NCBI GenBank assembly: GCA_951406725.2
Contig: OX597827.1
Coordinates: 20,274,001-20,338,000, forward strand
DNA: 64,000 nucleotides
Direction of reading: 5' to 3'
DNA from: Octopus vulgaris
Taxonomy: Eukaryota
The notes beneath the pieces are model-generated. The model was not told the DNA's origin, ran no database searches, and saw only the letters and a list, made by a program, of their open reading frames with translations. The position numbers and the translations under genes were made by a program. Below, in pieces: positions 27,591 to 40,900 of the stretch; position 1 is the first letter of the stretch; the number at the start of each line of letters is the position of its first letter.

Positions 27591-27764
27591 ATTCATGCTT
27601 TGCCGGCTGGTTTGGACAATCTTGTCCTTGTGAATGAAGAAACCCAAAAGAAAACATTCACTATAGCCAATCAAAGTGGTGGCGGTGGTGTCGATACCAG
27701 TGGAAGGAAATGGAAAACTGGGGAACTGGAGTTTGAGGCTCTCATGCGAATGATGGACAACTGT
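27591..27764 (+). CDS. hts: Adducin exon 5 (174 nt): IHALPAGLDNLVLVNEETQKKTFTIANQSGGGGVDTSGRKWKTGELEFEALMRMMDNC
   Basis: Not in the ORF track; translated by hand. Acceptor atttttag|, donor TGT|gtaagt. WxxGExEFEALMRMxDN adducin motif. Confidence 0.95.
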
Positions 27765-29455
27765 GTAAGTTTCTGATTCGATATTTTCCGAAGTTAGGTC
27801 AGATGCTGTGATATTTCTTTAGACCCAGTTTGTGTGAAGACAGGAATGTGGTTTATTGGTAGAATGCCATAAACAAAAGTTTGCTTTGCTGATGTCTGCC
27901 TGAAAAACCATACTGTATTGTGTATGTGTATATGTATATATATCGTAAATTCTGTACTGCATCTGTGTGTGTGTATGTAGATAGTTAGATATATACACAT
28001 GTGTGTGTGTAGATAGATATACACGTGTGTGTGTGTGTGTGTGTGTGTGTATTGTAAGCAGTAAATATATGTGAGGTAAGTTTCAAAGCGTGTTACGTGA
28101 GAGAATTTAAACGAAGGCTTTATTTTGTGATTTATTAGTGCCACGTAGAATGGATGTGTGAAGTTAGTGTAGTCAGTGCTTTGAGAGGATTGTCACTGGT
28201 TGGAACCATAAAAGCAAGGAGAGAAACTTTTGGATGCATATAGAAGGATTAAATGAAGGAGTCAAGAAGGGAGATCCAATTGGTATAATCTAAAGTTAAA
28301 AATAAAAATGAATTTTGAACGGTTTGTTGTAGTTTGTATATTCAGAAAAGCTGAAACCTCTGGAATTTGTGAATATGGTTTGTTTGTCACATTTTTTTTT
28401 TATTTAAAACAGATCTGCATTTCATATACTGTTTATGATATTGTCCTAGTTGAACAAATCTATGATTGAAGGTATTCAAGCTTAAAATAAGCACTGTGCA
28501 TCTAGGACTATATTACCTGATGTGTCCTTTTTTAAGGCATCAGTGTGTGATTTGAAGGGAGTTTGTTACTGTTTCTTGTTGGAGGAATTGATTGCATAAA
28601 TGCTCCTTTGTTGGTTCCATAACTATGTACACTTATGTCTCAAGTGGAATGATTTGTTATTAGTTTTGAACATCTCAAGTTTGCTTTTGGTTCCTAACTT
28701 GGTGTGTGTGTCTATGTTTTAAAACTCATAATTAGGAGTCACTCAATAATTGACACCATGAAGATAAAATATGTCAGCCTTATGTAGCAAGTTGTAAGCC
28801 ACAAAGAATCTAATTACGAAGGAGTGATGACCATATATTTAAGTAAGAGAGAAGTAACTGATTCCAATGCTCTCAACATGAGAATTAATCACAGTTGAGC
28901 AGATATTATTCTTTAACCAACCAATCAAGCAAGGGAGACCCTTGTGAGCAGTTTTGATTCAGCTTAGCCTTTTATTCATTGACGCTCTATTAAATTGACA
29001 TGCTGCATAGAAAAATGTTTATTCAAAGAAAGAGCAATTAGTTTTGTTGCATCTGTTGATTGTAGAAGGCAGAATAACTAATAACTGACAAGGGTTCATG
29101 AAATATGATTAGCTGTTAAACAAATAGCGTCCAGATTTAATGCCAATTTAGATTGATCTCTCAATATATAGTAGGACATCTTACATATATCAAAGATATC
29201 ACACATTATTTAGTGAGGTGTAGGTTCAATATCCCTGTAGTCTTGCAATAAATTTTGTTAATTCTTTCTAAGTTTGTTCACTTTAAATTCTGAGAGGTCA
29301 TTTAGATTTTATTTTTTATTTTTTTTTTAGTTTTTGCCAGAATATGAAAACCTGGTACACAAAAAATGTCAGTGAATATGAAATGTGAAAATATTCTAGT
29401 AATTAAAAGATTTTGTTGAGGAACTGTAGCAAATAATAAAGGATATTAGGATTTA

Positions 29456-29630
29456 GGCGCAGGAGTGGCTGTGTGGTAAGTAGCTTGCTAACCAACCACA
29501 TGGTTGCGGGTTCAGTCCCACTGCGTGGCATCTTGGGAAAGTGTCTTCTGCTATAGCCCCGGGCCGACCAATGCCTTGTGAGTGGATTTGGTAGACGGAA
29601 ACTGAAAGAAGCCTGTCGTATATGTATATG

Positions 29631-29681
<51 letters not shown>

Positions 29682-29881
29682 CTGTGTTTGTCCCCCTAGC
29701 ATTGCTTGACAACCGATGCTGGTGTGTTTACGTCCCTGTCACTTAGCGGTTCGGCAAAAGAGACTGATAGAATAAGTACTGGGCTTACAAAGAATAAGTC
29801 CCGGGATCGATTTGCTCGACTAAAGGCGGTGCTCTAGCATGGCCGCAGTCAAATGACTGAAACAAGTAAAAGAGTAAAGAG
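29456..29881 (+). mobile_element. tRNA-derived SINE, family 1, young full-length copy
   Basis: CpG-rich intact head GGCGCAGGAGTGGCTGTGTGG, B-box-like motif, internal (TA)n(TG)n, AAAGAGT tail repeats. Confidence 0.9.
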
Positions 29882-30689
29882 ATACACGAAAGGTGATGTT
29901 GCTTTCAGTTAGGTGTCTGATTATTTTAATTATGAATTATTTGATAATGATGATACTTGTGACCATTGACTAAATTATAACAATAACTTTAAATTGGAGC
30001 TAGTTTCATCGGTGAACATCAGTTTATTCAAAATGTTATACTATTTACTTGTTGGACAAATAGATAAATAAATTCAACTTTAAATATAACCTTTCTCTTA
30101 CAGTCCTTTCAATAGTAGGGAGTTCAAGTCTTTTATCAGTTGGCAAATAATCTTGTATTAATCAGAATTTGTTGTTAGTTTTGACTACAAGAAATAATTT
30201 CCTGCAAACTATATCTAATCGGAATTCTTCCATTTCCTCTACAGGCCAACAAAAGATGATTGATAATAATTCAGGTTCTTATTACTATAGGATATGGCAC
30301 AGACCGTTTCTTCTACTCCTTTGAATTAAAAATTGTTACTATATAATTTTATTTTAAACATCTAATAAAATTTCATAATTTAATTGGTTGACATTATTTG
30401 CTACAGAGTGAACTAATTAGTTACTATCTCTCCTGCGACATTTTAGTGTAAAGTTACTTTGGAAAAGTTTTAAAGTAGATTTGTTAAAATACCTTAAAAG
30501 AAAGAAAACATTTAAAAAAAAAAAGTCTATTTTCAGTTCTAGTTTCATGACAAAATATTAACAGGATTACCACAGAATTTTTTTTCTTTTCTAAAATCTG
30601 CTTCAGTTGTGATTCAGCACATCTTTTTACAAAAGAGGGCGTTTTTAATTGCTTAATCTTTGTTTGTTTTTCATCCCCTCTCCTTACAG

Positions 30690-30829
30690 GGTTTCCGCAC
30701 AGGGTACATCTATCGTAACCCTTTAATAAGACAGGAGAAAGATCATGCAAATAGTGATATTGAGATACCACCTACATCAAGCTCATTTACCTATGTCTAT
30801 GATGGTGATGTTGATCGCTCCAAATATGT
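30690..30829 (+). CDS. hts: Adducin exon 6 (140 nt, phase 0 in, phase 2 out): GFRTGYIYRNPLIRQEKDHANSDIEIPPTSSSFTYVYDGDVDRSKY(V)
   Basis: Acceptor ccttacag|, donor GT|gtaagt. GxRTGYxYR and DxEIP motifs follow DN in adducins. Confidence 0.93.
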
Positions 30830-31422
30830 GTAAGTTTAATTTCATTTCAGTCTATTCTGATGCTTTTTTTCTTTATTGAAATACTTTGGCTGGTTAAAAT
30901 AATGGTTAGCTGTTTTTCACCTTTTCCTGTCTCATTTTGTCAAGTTATTGCTGAAACAGATTAAAAACGAAAAATTTTATTTTTCCTTCTTTGAAGATTC
31001 ACTCTACTAGAACAATTCTTCAAACTTTATCCTTAATTTGTTATCTTGGTGTTGAAATCTTTCTCAGGGTTAAACTTTATCAACGCCTCTCCAGGACATT
31101 AAATCTTCCACTCACACAGTAGTCTTAAATTAAAAAATAGCTATTAATATATTGATATTAGTCCAACTAGTCAAATAAATTTATTAGTTGTTGGATCATA
31201 CATCCTTTAAAACCTCCATGTTTCCTGAAATTCACCAACATTACACCTGATATCCCCCCCCCCCTCAATACGCATGCACACATGTATATCATGGCTCCTA
31301 CACTATTCACTTTCCTGGCATTTGTACATAATTCTATTTACCATACATGCACCTTTGATGAGTTGTAGTGTACCTGAGCATTATTATTATTATTTTAAAT
31401 CTGAATGTTGTCGTTGTTGCAG

Positions 31423-31555
31423 GTCTCCACTCCGAACAGCCCTTGAAAGACAGAAACAGCAGCAGTACAAAGCTGGTTGGTTAACTTCGCCAAACACATA
31501 CAAAAAACAAGAAATTGATGAAATTGGTACAACAAATCCAAAGAAGATTACAAAG
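31423..31555 (+). CDS. hts: Adducin exon 7 (133 nt, phase 2 in, phase 0 out): SPLRTALERQKQQQYKAGWLTSPNTYKKQEIDEIGTTNPKKITK
   Basis: Acceptor gttgcag|, donor AAG|gtaaaa. Phase matches exon 6. WLxSPNxY neck motif. Confidence 0.93.
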
Positions 31556-32769
31556 GTAAAACAGAAAGAGTTCGAACGTTTTCATGCCACCATTGTCACA
31601 AATATTTTTTCCTCATCACTATATGAGAGTTGTCTCCCTTGCGCTATGTTATCTTTGTCCCTTTAATTGGGTTGACCTTGTGTCTGCACAGGCTTGGTCA
31701 AGGACATAACAAGGTGCAAAGCCTTCTCCTTCAATCCTACTCTCCCCTCAGTTTTATCTTGCAAGTTACTTGGTGCTATGTAAAAAGCAGCCTCCACAAA
31801 GTGGTTGACAATAGGAAGGGCATCCAACCATTGAAACCAAACCAAATGACGCCTATGGACACTAGTTATTGGACCTGTAGCTCCAAAGAAGAAACCTCTT
31901 GGACTGTGATGAACCTTCCGCCCCATGTCAGCATGAATGTATGCAGTTGCTTGCTAGTCCAGCAAATTTGTATTTCAATGGATCACATCATAATTAGGAT
32001 TATATTTACAAGACCATCGACCCCTTCATGGAATCCTTGACCCCCCCCCCCCCTCCATCAACTCCCAGGTATGTGCAAGAAAATAAATAATGATGATAAC
32101 TAAGTAGATGTGCATTTATCAACACCTTGAACAGTCCCATTGACTCTCAGGGATCAATATCAGCGACTTTGGAGGCCCCTGATATAGGGTGACAAACTTT
32201 TTTTTTTTTCAAAGGACAGTTTCAATTCTCTCAGAAATACATGAATATAATTTATCTCCTTTGGGATATAGAAATAGACTCCTTTTTCTATTGTTTCCCT
32301 GCATATCTCCTGGTAATTCATCATTGCCACTAGCTTACCATCCCTAAATGATGCCGTTCTTGTTCCCAATTCTTCATCACCTCCTATGATGCACAAGAAC
32401 ATGAGTCATCAACTCTAAAACCGATATACACTTCATATTGCCCACTGGTCTTGAATAGTTTCCTAGTTAGACTCAACCTAGATTTTAACTCAAAACTAGC
32501 CACTTCTAAAGAAATTCTACTCTTTGTTTGTTGTTTGTTTAGTTTTTCTACATATTTCATTTCATTGTTAATCCTTTCTATTAACATTAATTGAATGTGT
32601 TTCTCTGAATAAAGTTGGTTTTTAAAGTTAGGGCTTTTGAAGAACGTGAAAATATTGTGCTGTGAAATTAGAAAGATGTATTTAGAGTGCTTTTGTAATG
32701 GCTTATATCATCATTTAGGTCCCTTTCTTACTCATGGATTCAATCATTTTCAAACTAAATATTTTTCAG

Positions 32770-32883
32770 TGGGTTGCTGAGAGTTCCGACAGTACAAAAA
32801 GTGTGAATATAAAGGTAGAAAAGGCAAACCAGTTTGCCCCACAGGGAGAAAACCCTAAGGAGTTTAGAGAGAAACAAAAGCAG
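32770..32883 (+). CDS. hts: Adducin exon 8 (114 nt): WVAESSDSTKSVNIKVEKANQFAPQGENPKEFREKQKQ
   Basis: Acceptor atttttcag|, donor CAG|gttggt, phase 0-0. TKW...NQFxPxxxNPKE neck motif. Confidence 0.93.
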
Positions 32884-32919
32884 GTTGGTAATTTTTGTTT
32901 CTTAAATTGTTTCTAACAA

Positions 32920-33066
32920 TTTTGGGGGAGGTAGTGGGATCAACTCCAGTGCTAAACAAGACAAAAGGCAAAGTTGACCTCAGTGGAATTTCAACTCAGA
33001 ATGTATAGATGGAAGAAATGCTACTAAGCATTTTTCCTGATGTGGTAACAATTCTGCCAGCTCGCT
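32920..33066 (-). mobile_element. SINE family 2, antisense, starting about 37 nt after the exon 8 donor
   Basis: Reverse complement agcgagctggcagaattgtta...cattctgagttgaaattccactgaggtcaactttgcc matches family 2. Confidence 0.8.
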
Positions 33067-33139
33067 CTAGTAAGCTGGCTGTTAACTGTGGCTACCTAAT
33101 TTTGATGGGCAGTGGAGTCAGGCATTTTTACTTCTTCCA

Positions 33140-35690
33140 CAACTTTTATAATCCATTCAAAAAACCAGCCAGTCACCTAATCACTTATCTGTCTGGTGAA
33201 CACATAAGCCAGATTGACTTCCTCCTTACCAGGCAACAAGATAGATGGATGCTTAAAAATGCAAAGTCTTTCCCAGGTGAAGAGTGTACAACCTGACATT
33301 GGTTACTAGTTAGTGACTTCAGAATTAGAGCTAGAAAGACTCAGGGAAATAAACCAATATGGAAAAGAAGACTATGGAAGCTCAAAGACACAGCAAACAG
33401 ACAAAAATGTAGAGATTTACTTGTGGAAACTTCTGACGAAAGAGAGGAAGAGTTGGGGGACATACAGCTTAGAGGATAACTGGAAGTTCTTGTGGGACAA
33501 TCAACTGAGAGCTATGGATGAAATATGTGGTTGGTGCAGTATCCCAGCTAGACCAAGGATGACATGGGGGTGGAACAAGGAAGTTGACAGTGTTATAAAA
33601 GCAAAAAGACAAGACTAGAAAAACGGTGGAAGCAAGAATTATATCAGGTAACCAAAAGGGCAGCTAGGTGTCAGGTATACATAGCAACAGGAGTAGCTGG
33701 AGGTAAGAGAGGATCAGAAGTGTAAGGTGTTCAGGATTGCAAAGCAGTGTATCAGAGAAAATAGAGACGTGGTAGGTGAGAAATGTGTGCGAATGGATAA
33801 TGGTATGCTTGCACTTAGTGACTCAGAGAAGATGCATGGAAGTGTCACTTTGGAAGGTTATTAGATATGGAAAATGAATGAGAGAAGGAGACTTTACCAA
33901 ATATCGAACCAACTGAAGGACCAGCCATCAGAGTTGATAACAGCTTAATAGATAAGGCAATTAAGGATATGAAGACAGGAAAAGCCCCTGGGCCATCAGG
34001 AATCACTGCCGAGATGATTAAAATTGCTGGTGGCATAGGATACAGCTTTGGCACCCGTATAGCTAATCAGCTTATTCAGGAAGGCACCATCTCTGACAAC
34101 TGGTGTAGTCTGCTATCAGGATAAAGGTGACGACTTAGATAGAAACAAGTCATGAAAATTGCTGAGAGGTTTATAGCTCAACTGATTAGAAATAGAATTA
34201 AACTAGATGAGATGCAGTTTGGTTTTGTACCTGTGAAGAGTACCACAGATGTCATCTTCCTAGTGAGACAGCTGCAGGAAATGGCCAAAAGTAAGCCATT
34301 GTACTTAGCCTTCGTCAACCTGGAGAAAGCTTTTGACAGAGTTCCCCACTCTGTTATATGGTGGTCTCTAAGGAAGTTAGGAGTAGAGGAATGGCTTGTT
34401 AGAGCTGTCCAAACCATGTACGGTGGTGCTGTCAGTTAGGTGAGAGTTAGCCCTGAATACAGTGATGAGTTTAGTGTTCAGGTAGAGGTTCATCAGGGCT
34501 CAGTTCTCAGCCCCCTCTTATTCATTATAGTCATCCAGGCCATAACAGAGCAATTCAAGATTGGGTGCTGATGACCTTGCTCTTATTGCAGAATTAGAGA
34601 AGAAATTCCAGGAATGGAAACAAAACCTGGAATCAAAGGACCTTAAAGTTAACCTAGCAAAGACAAAACTGGTTCTTAGTGAGAAAGAAGATAAAACTCT
34701 CAACCAGGTAAAGGGCCCTGCTCAGTATGTAGGAAAGGGGCTGGAAGAAATTCCATCTGTTGTAGCCAGTGTAAACAGAAGAGATGCAGTGGAATCACAG
34801 GTAGATTAACAGATAAAGTCATCTTTGTATGTGGCAGGTGTGCAGGAACAATAAGCACTAAGAGCACAGAGGAATTAGATTCTCCCAAATGCCCAGGAGG
34901 CTCTCTTGAGGTTGAAGATAGTTTCTGTTACCTAGGTGACCAAATTAGCAATGGTGGAGGATGCTCTGAAAGTATTGTTTCTAGAATAAGAATAAGGTGG
35001 AGGAAATTCACCTCTTAATCGCACTCCCTTCGCAATATCCTGTCACTCATATTATGGCATTTGAACCTCAAGGCTATGCCCTGGCACTTGCCACCTTCTA
35101 TATCTCTCTCTTCCATTACTCAACCATCTCATTTATACTCTGATCTCTGTTCCTTGTGAGCATGCCCGGCATTTTGCCACCATCACCATCTTGCTGTCTC
35201 TCTCTCTCCCCCCCCACTTCCCTCAAGTTGGCCAACCATGTATTTTCTTTGTGGTAGCACATCTGTTTCTGTCTTCATTCCTGATCTTTCTCTCACCGGC
35301 CAGGTAATCATGTACTTCCTCTTCAGCAAGACACCTGTATCTATCTCACTATAACCTTTTCATCATCACCTCCTCCAATGCCTCCTCCTCTCTTAAAAGT
35401 TTTTGTCTTGCTAGTACTTGATGACCCATTCCACTCTGTAAAGTGGTTGGTGTTTGGAAGAGCATCCAGCTGTAAAAACCTTGCCAAAACTGACCTTGCC
35501 TGTGCTTGTGCCACATAAAAAGCAGTAAGTCCACTCTGCTGAGTGGTTGGTGTTAGGAAGAGCATCCAGCTGTAAAAATCCTGCCAAAACGGTCACATAA
35601 ATCTGGTGCAGGCTTTGGCCTGGCCGGCTCTTGTGGTACCGTCCCACCCATGCTAGCAGGGAACGCGGACATTAAATGATGCTGTTGATG
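33140..35690 (+). mobile_element. Decayed RTE-clade LINE (end of APE endonuclease, RT, C-terminus, 3' UTR)
   Basis: SQIDFLL, PGEECTT, KTGKAPGPSGITAEMIK, DEMQFGFVP..STTDVIFLVRQLQE, AFVNLEKAFDRVP, HQGSVLSPLLF, ADDLALIA. Many stops and frameshifts. Duplicated gtggttggtgtt.ggaagagcatccagctgt 3' block and GAT-rich tail. 35010-35430 may be a separate fragment. Confidence 0.92.
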
Positions 35691-36055
35691 GTTATGATAT
35701 AAATTCTCTTAGTTGTCATGACAATTTGATTGTTGTTTCTCTGCCTTAAATTTCACTGTTCTGTTCTGTAAATTGGGGTCTAGGAATGAGTAAAGATGGT
35801 GAAGTAATGCTGGGGGTTATACTGTTGTTACCTGTTATTCTGTGGAATGGAAACCATAAAAGATGGTAGTGAAGGATTAAGTAGATTGGTGTCTGTGAAG
35901 TTTGATTCCATCTCTGAAATGAGAAGGGATCTGATGAGTCCATTGTGTATGTTGAGGTTGTTGCAAGCAAACTTGGAGGATTAAATGAATGAAATGAGTT
36001 ATTGTTAAGGATTAAAATTGTTTGAACTTTAGACTCTGTGCATGTCCATGGGCCA

Positions 36056-36284
36056 TTAACCCTTTTGATACCAACCTGGCCAAAACCGCCTCTGGCTCTG
36101 TAGTACAAATGTCTTGTTTTCATAAGTATTGAATTATAATCTTCCATCAAACCTTAGTCACAATTTACATTCCTAACACTAGCTTAATGATAACTAAGTT
36201 CTTTTACTAAATTCTTTGTTATATTTAAAGTAATTGAAAGAAATATAGAGCATCTCAAAATAAATACAGTAACAAAAGGGTTAA
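36056..36284. mobile_element. piggyBac-type MITE, family A, copy 2
   Basis: TTAA-CCCTTTTGATAC ... GTAACAAAAGGG-TTAA. Confidence 0.82.
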
Positions 36285-36519
36285 GAGTATTGCAACCTTT
36301 AGTTTTGAAATGAAGGTTTCTAGTTGAAAGCCAAAATTAATCACCTGATGTTTGGAGATGAAGCAGACGGAAACGCTTTGAACATGTAAATCTCCCCATA
36401 AAACGTTTAATTTCTAAAGATGAGTTTATTTTTGTTTGAAAATTTATAAAACTTTGACAAACATTGTGAAGTTTTATGCTTTATGTCTGAATTGTTATAT
36501 ATTCTAAATTTTTTTTCAG

Positions 36520-36612
36520 ATCCGTAAGGATTATTATGAGGAGAGAGTACATGCTGGTCCTCAGTCCAAAGTTCTAGAGGGAACCACTTGGGAAGAAGCT
36601 CAAAAGATGAAG
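36520..36612 (+). CDS. hts: Adducin exon 9 (93 nt): IRKDYYEERVHAGPQSKVLEGTTWEEAQKMK
   Basis: Acceptor ttttttcag|, donor AAG|gtttgt, phase 0-0. AGPQSxxL motif. Confidence 0.92.
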
Positions 36613-37145
36613 GTTTGTCAATTTTCTATTATTGTTTTCAAAACAAATTCTTTATCACACATATTTACCTTATTCTTTTATCATAACACAGGATTAATCA
36701 GAGATATTAGGTCAATAATCAGCTGTTATCTCACTTAAGTCTTCAACTCTTGGAGTCATATTTAGCAAAGATTCTATTTCATTTTCTTTTTTTTTTTTTC
36801 CTTCCCAGTCTTTTCATAAAATTCTTAGAACAATGACTCCCACCTCTTCTTCCCTCCCTCTCACACCATAGGAGACTATTAAATAATTTTTTTTATATAA
36901 ACTATATTAAAAAACTTTGGATATTATAAGTTTTGTTAAAGAGATAGCTTTGTAATTCATTTTATTGAATGTTTTCATCATTTTCTTCCCTTTTTTTACT
37001 GATTAATTTTACTAAATATATTCCTTGTTCAATAATATTCAATTTAGTGTAAATTTCATTTCTGTTTTAATCTTCTTTTATTTTTCCACAAGCCACACTC
37101 TAGTGTCTTGGTTTTAAGAGTTTAATGGTTGTATTTTTGTTGAAG

Positions 37146-37338
37146 GATGGCAACCTGAGTAGTGCATCAGACAGTGTAGTGATGATTGGTTCCGCTTCCA
37201 AAGGCATCATTCGACGTGACCATCAACACAATGCCATTGTCTACAAGTCACTTTATTCTCCTAATCCTTTTGAAAATGTGTCTGAAGATGAGCTTGCAAA
37301 GTACAAAGAAAAAGTAGAGGGGAAAATAATCGAAGCAG
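37146..37338 (+). CDS. hts: Adducin exon 10 (193 nt, phase 0 in, phase 1 out): DGNLSSASDSVVMIGSASKGIIRRDHQHNAIVYKSLYSPNPFENVSEDELAKYKEKVEGKIIEA
   Basis: Acceptor ttgttgaag|, donor G|gtaacc. ASKGII and NPFxxxxxxELxxYKxxVE motifs. Confidence 0.93.
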
Positions 37339-37802
37339 GTAACCATAACAATTTTCTTATTGAATTGATGAGGTTGTAGGTAATGTATCAGTTGTTGGTG
37401 CTTGCAGTCTTTTGCTTATTAAGGACAAGACTAACTGGTTTCTTTACTAGTTTAGTGTTTATCCCATTGACTCAACTACATCAAAACTGCAATAAATGTG
37501 TGTGAGAAATGGGAAAAACCTGGATTCAGTTGGAATTTTAATTTTCTTATTGATTTTTAAAACAAATTTCCATTTAAATATTTTGCCCTTTGAGGATTAT
37601 CTTTGTTTCCAGCCCTTTATTTCAACATTATTTTACATCTTTTTTTCCCTTTTACTTACTCTTTACCTCTTTTTTTTCTTTTTTTTTTTTTTTTTTGACA
37701 TCTGTTTTTCTACCTATCCACCTTCTCCCTAGACTGGCTGCCATCTTTATTCTATTTATTTACTGGATCGAGTCACAATAAAACTTTTTTTTCTTGTCTC
37801 AG

Positions 37803-37910
37803 ATTCTGAAGATACAGAACCTGCTCCTGATGGCCGCCTCATCTCAACTGAAGAAAGAATGCAGCAAATTCGAAGTGATGGCGTTGACTTGAAGACAGAA
37901 GCTGAAGCGG
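37803..37910 (+). CDS. hts: Adducin exon 11 (108 nt, phase 1-1): (D)SEDTEPAPDGRLISTEERMQQIRSDGVDLKTEAEA
   Basis: Strong acceptor tttttttcttgtctcag|, donor CGG|gtatgt. Open in the required phase; acidic tail-like composition. Confidence 0.85.
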
Positions 37911-40900
37911 GTATGTGCTGATGTGTTTATTTATGATTCCTTGATGTTTTCCAGTTTGTTGCCATCAATAGCAGAACCTTTCATCATCTTGTATCTACTA
38001 ATGGGGATACTGGATAATCCTTGGGATTAACTTCTTAGAATCCTTTGATCATAAGATTGAGTGGTAATTACACAATGAAATAGTTCCTATCCTTAGCAAT
38101 CTGTACATTTTAGCCATAGACTTACTCTTTCTCTCTGTGTCTCATAATGCTTGCCATTTGCAGATGTCTTAAGAAAAGTTTCAGATCCACCCCCACCCTC
38201 CGTTCATTTAACTTTTGTCCCCTCAAGCAACATCTGCATCTTCATCCGTGTAAATTTCAAATAACAAAACAGAAATTTTCTTAACCTCTTACTAAAATGA
38301 TTTCCATGCTCTTTACAATATCCTTTAATTATTGGTTTGTTGTTGTTGTTTTGTATTGTTTTTGTGTAATGTTTATTAAATAGTCTTCAGTGGTGCACAG
38401 CAATATCAACTTTTTTCTCATTCTAAAGCTATAATTATTTAAAATATTATGTCATCGAATTGATTACAGTTTGATTGACCCCACTACCCTTGAAGGGCCT
38501 TAATTTTCTCCCTATATTTCGCTATTACCTTTACATACTTACACTGTCAATTGTCTGACCACCACATTTGTTAATAATTCTAATATCATTTAGAACTAAT
38601 CATCAACTATTTTAAAGGAACTGTTTTAAATCATCAAAAGACAGGAACATTTCTTGACTTCAAGCTAAATTAATTCATCTGGTTTTGAAATTCAGGTTGA
38701 TTTCCCATTTCAAACTTGCCATTCACTAAAATGTAGTCTTGTCTACATCCCTTTTCCCTCCCAGCATATTTAGCGTGTTGGGATTTGGTCTCCATCATTT
38801 GCCACCACAATCTAAATTTCGGTACAATGACCTCCACAGAGGAATTGTTGTTTTGGCTTCCAGTTTCTTCAATAAACCTTAGCACTTGCATGTGTTGCAT
38901 TGACTTCTTCTTTTTCTTTCTTTCTAAGGTTTCAGCTTCTACTAACTTCCAACTTTTCACATGCATTGTCTTTCTAATCGCTGCTCCTGTAGAGGAACAG
39001 TTGCCTTTGCCAAAGTTTCTATACATTTTCAGGCTTTTATTGTATAATTCTTGTACTTGCTTGTGTGTATAATGTGTATGTGATGTTTGTCTATAGTTTT
39101 TCATATTTTATATACATGTTTAGACAAGTTTTTAATCAAAGATCTATCATCCTAAGGGTCTTCTAACAGTCCAGTAAAGAAGAAAAAACACATGGAGTCA
39201 CTTTACTTTTTACTTAATGCTTGTTTAGACACACACACACACACAAATATGTATAACTTTAATTCTGTGTGATTTATTAAATGCAGATTAGCTCCCTCTC
39301 TATGTAATATGCAGTAAATGAAACAGGCCAGTTATTACTGATTGCCAGTCTATTAGGTAGCAATGTGGGGTTTTTTTTTTTATTTCCTTCACTTAAACAA
39401 AATGATGATAGAGAGAAAAGCAATTGAAAACCTTGGGGACAATGAAGACTCGGTAAAATTAGTGACAATTATCTTTGATAATTGTTTGAATATTGTTCAG
39501 AAACATAATTATATCAAGTGGCAGGTAGATGATTTTAATTATAACTCTTGAAATGTCTCTTAGTTGTAATGGTATTTTAAATATTGAAAGATGCTTAACT
39601 TTGGGATAAATACAATAACATTTTAACCTCCAGCCTCTGCTCCTCTTCGATGTAGTGTAGTAACACAGATGATGAAGTGGAGAACAATATTGTTTGACTT
39701 GTAGTGCCTTAGAATAATTATGATAATTAACCATTCATGTAATTAGTAAATTCCTCTCATTGCCACTGGTTACAGCAGCTGATAAAGGTTTATAATTCCT
39801 TGTTTGAGGCAAGTTGTGAGTTTAGTTTCAAATTTCAGTTGGAATACTTTGATGTTAAAACTTTACAGATTTATTAAAAATTTAACTGTTTTTATGGACA
39901 ATTTAATCTTTCTTTTGTGGAAGCATAAACATATTAAGGCATTCTTATCTCTCTCTCTATCATAATTCAGCAGTTATGTTTATAAGTCAATTTTTTTTTG
40001 TATATTTTTGTAAGTTGCTATTTTACTGGTCAAGCACTAATTATGCATTGTCTTATCTAATTTTTGTTGTTTCCTGAATTTGTAAATGTCTGATATTCCC
40101 GTCATTATTTTGATATTTTCTTAATGAATCTCTTCTAAATAAATCTGTATTTTGTGATTTCTTAGAGAGTAAGATTTATCAGAGAAGAGTGGCATATTGT
40201 GGTAAGATCAGGAAATCTAATCTTTAATTTATTGCCTATGAGTTGTTCAATTTTATCAAGTTTTGTCAAATATTTATTTACAACAGCCAAATATGTCATC
40301 CACAAATAATAAAGAAGTTGTTCGTTTGGTTACTAATGACAAAACCTTTTAACTAAAGGCTTGTAAAATCACTTCCAAACACTCGGACACATCTCCAATA
40401 CCCCTGAACACTAGAGCGACGTTGTCTCCCATACCTTCAGTATTCATAGCCTTACTTCAAATACTGTGTTAGAATGTCACCACCAACTTCAAAGTGCTGC
40501 CTAAGTTCACCTTGGTTTTTCCACTGTAGCCATTCTCAGACATGAACTTGGACAGTGAGGAGAGTGTAGTCTGTCTGCACTCACATTGTGCTCTTAGTGT
40601 TCACCACTGCATGTTAAAGTTTGCAATCTTGTCCTCAATTAGGTGGAAGCATGATAGAAATAGAAAAACAGACTGGTTTGGTTAACTATTTGTGTGCTGT
40701 AGGTACACAACTTACTTGGGGATTTATGATTAAAGGGTTCAAGGCAAGTCTATTGGCAGCTTTTCCTGATCTTTTCACCTCTTTCTTGCGATATTGGCCT
40801 CCCCTTGTTGCTATCTTGTGACATGTAGCAACATCATCAGCAGCAGCAGCAATAAATTATCAGCAGGTTTTGGTCTTGTGTTCTTACCTCTCAATTTATT

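Noticed and set aside
38670-39104. 144-aa minus-strand ORF
   Set aside because: Lys-rich product of antisense T-tracts; no recognisable domain or splice structure.
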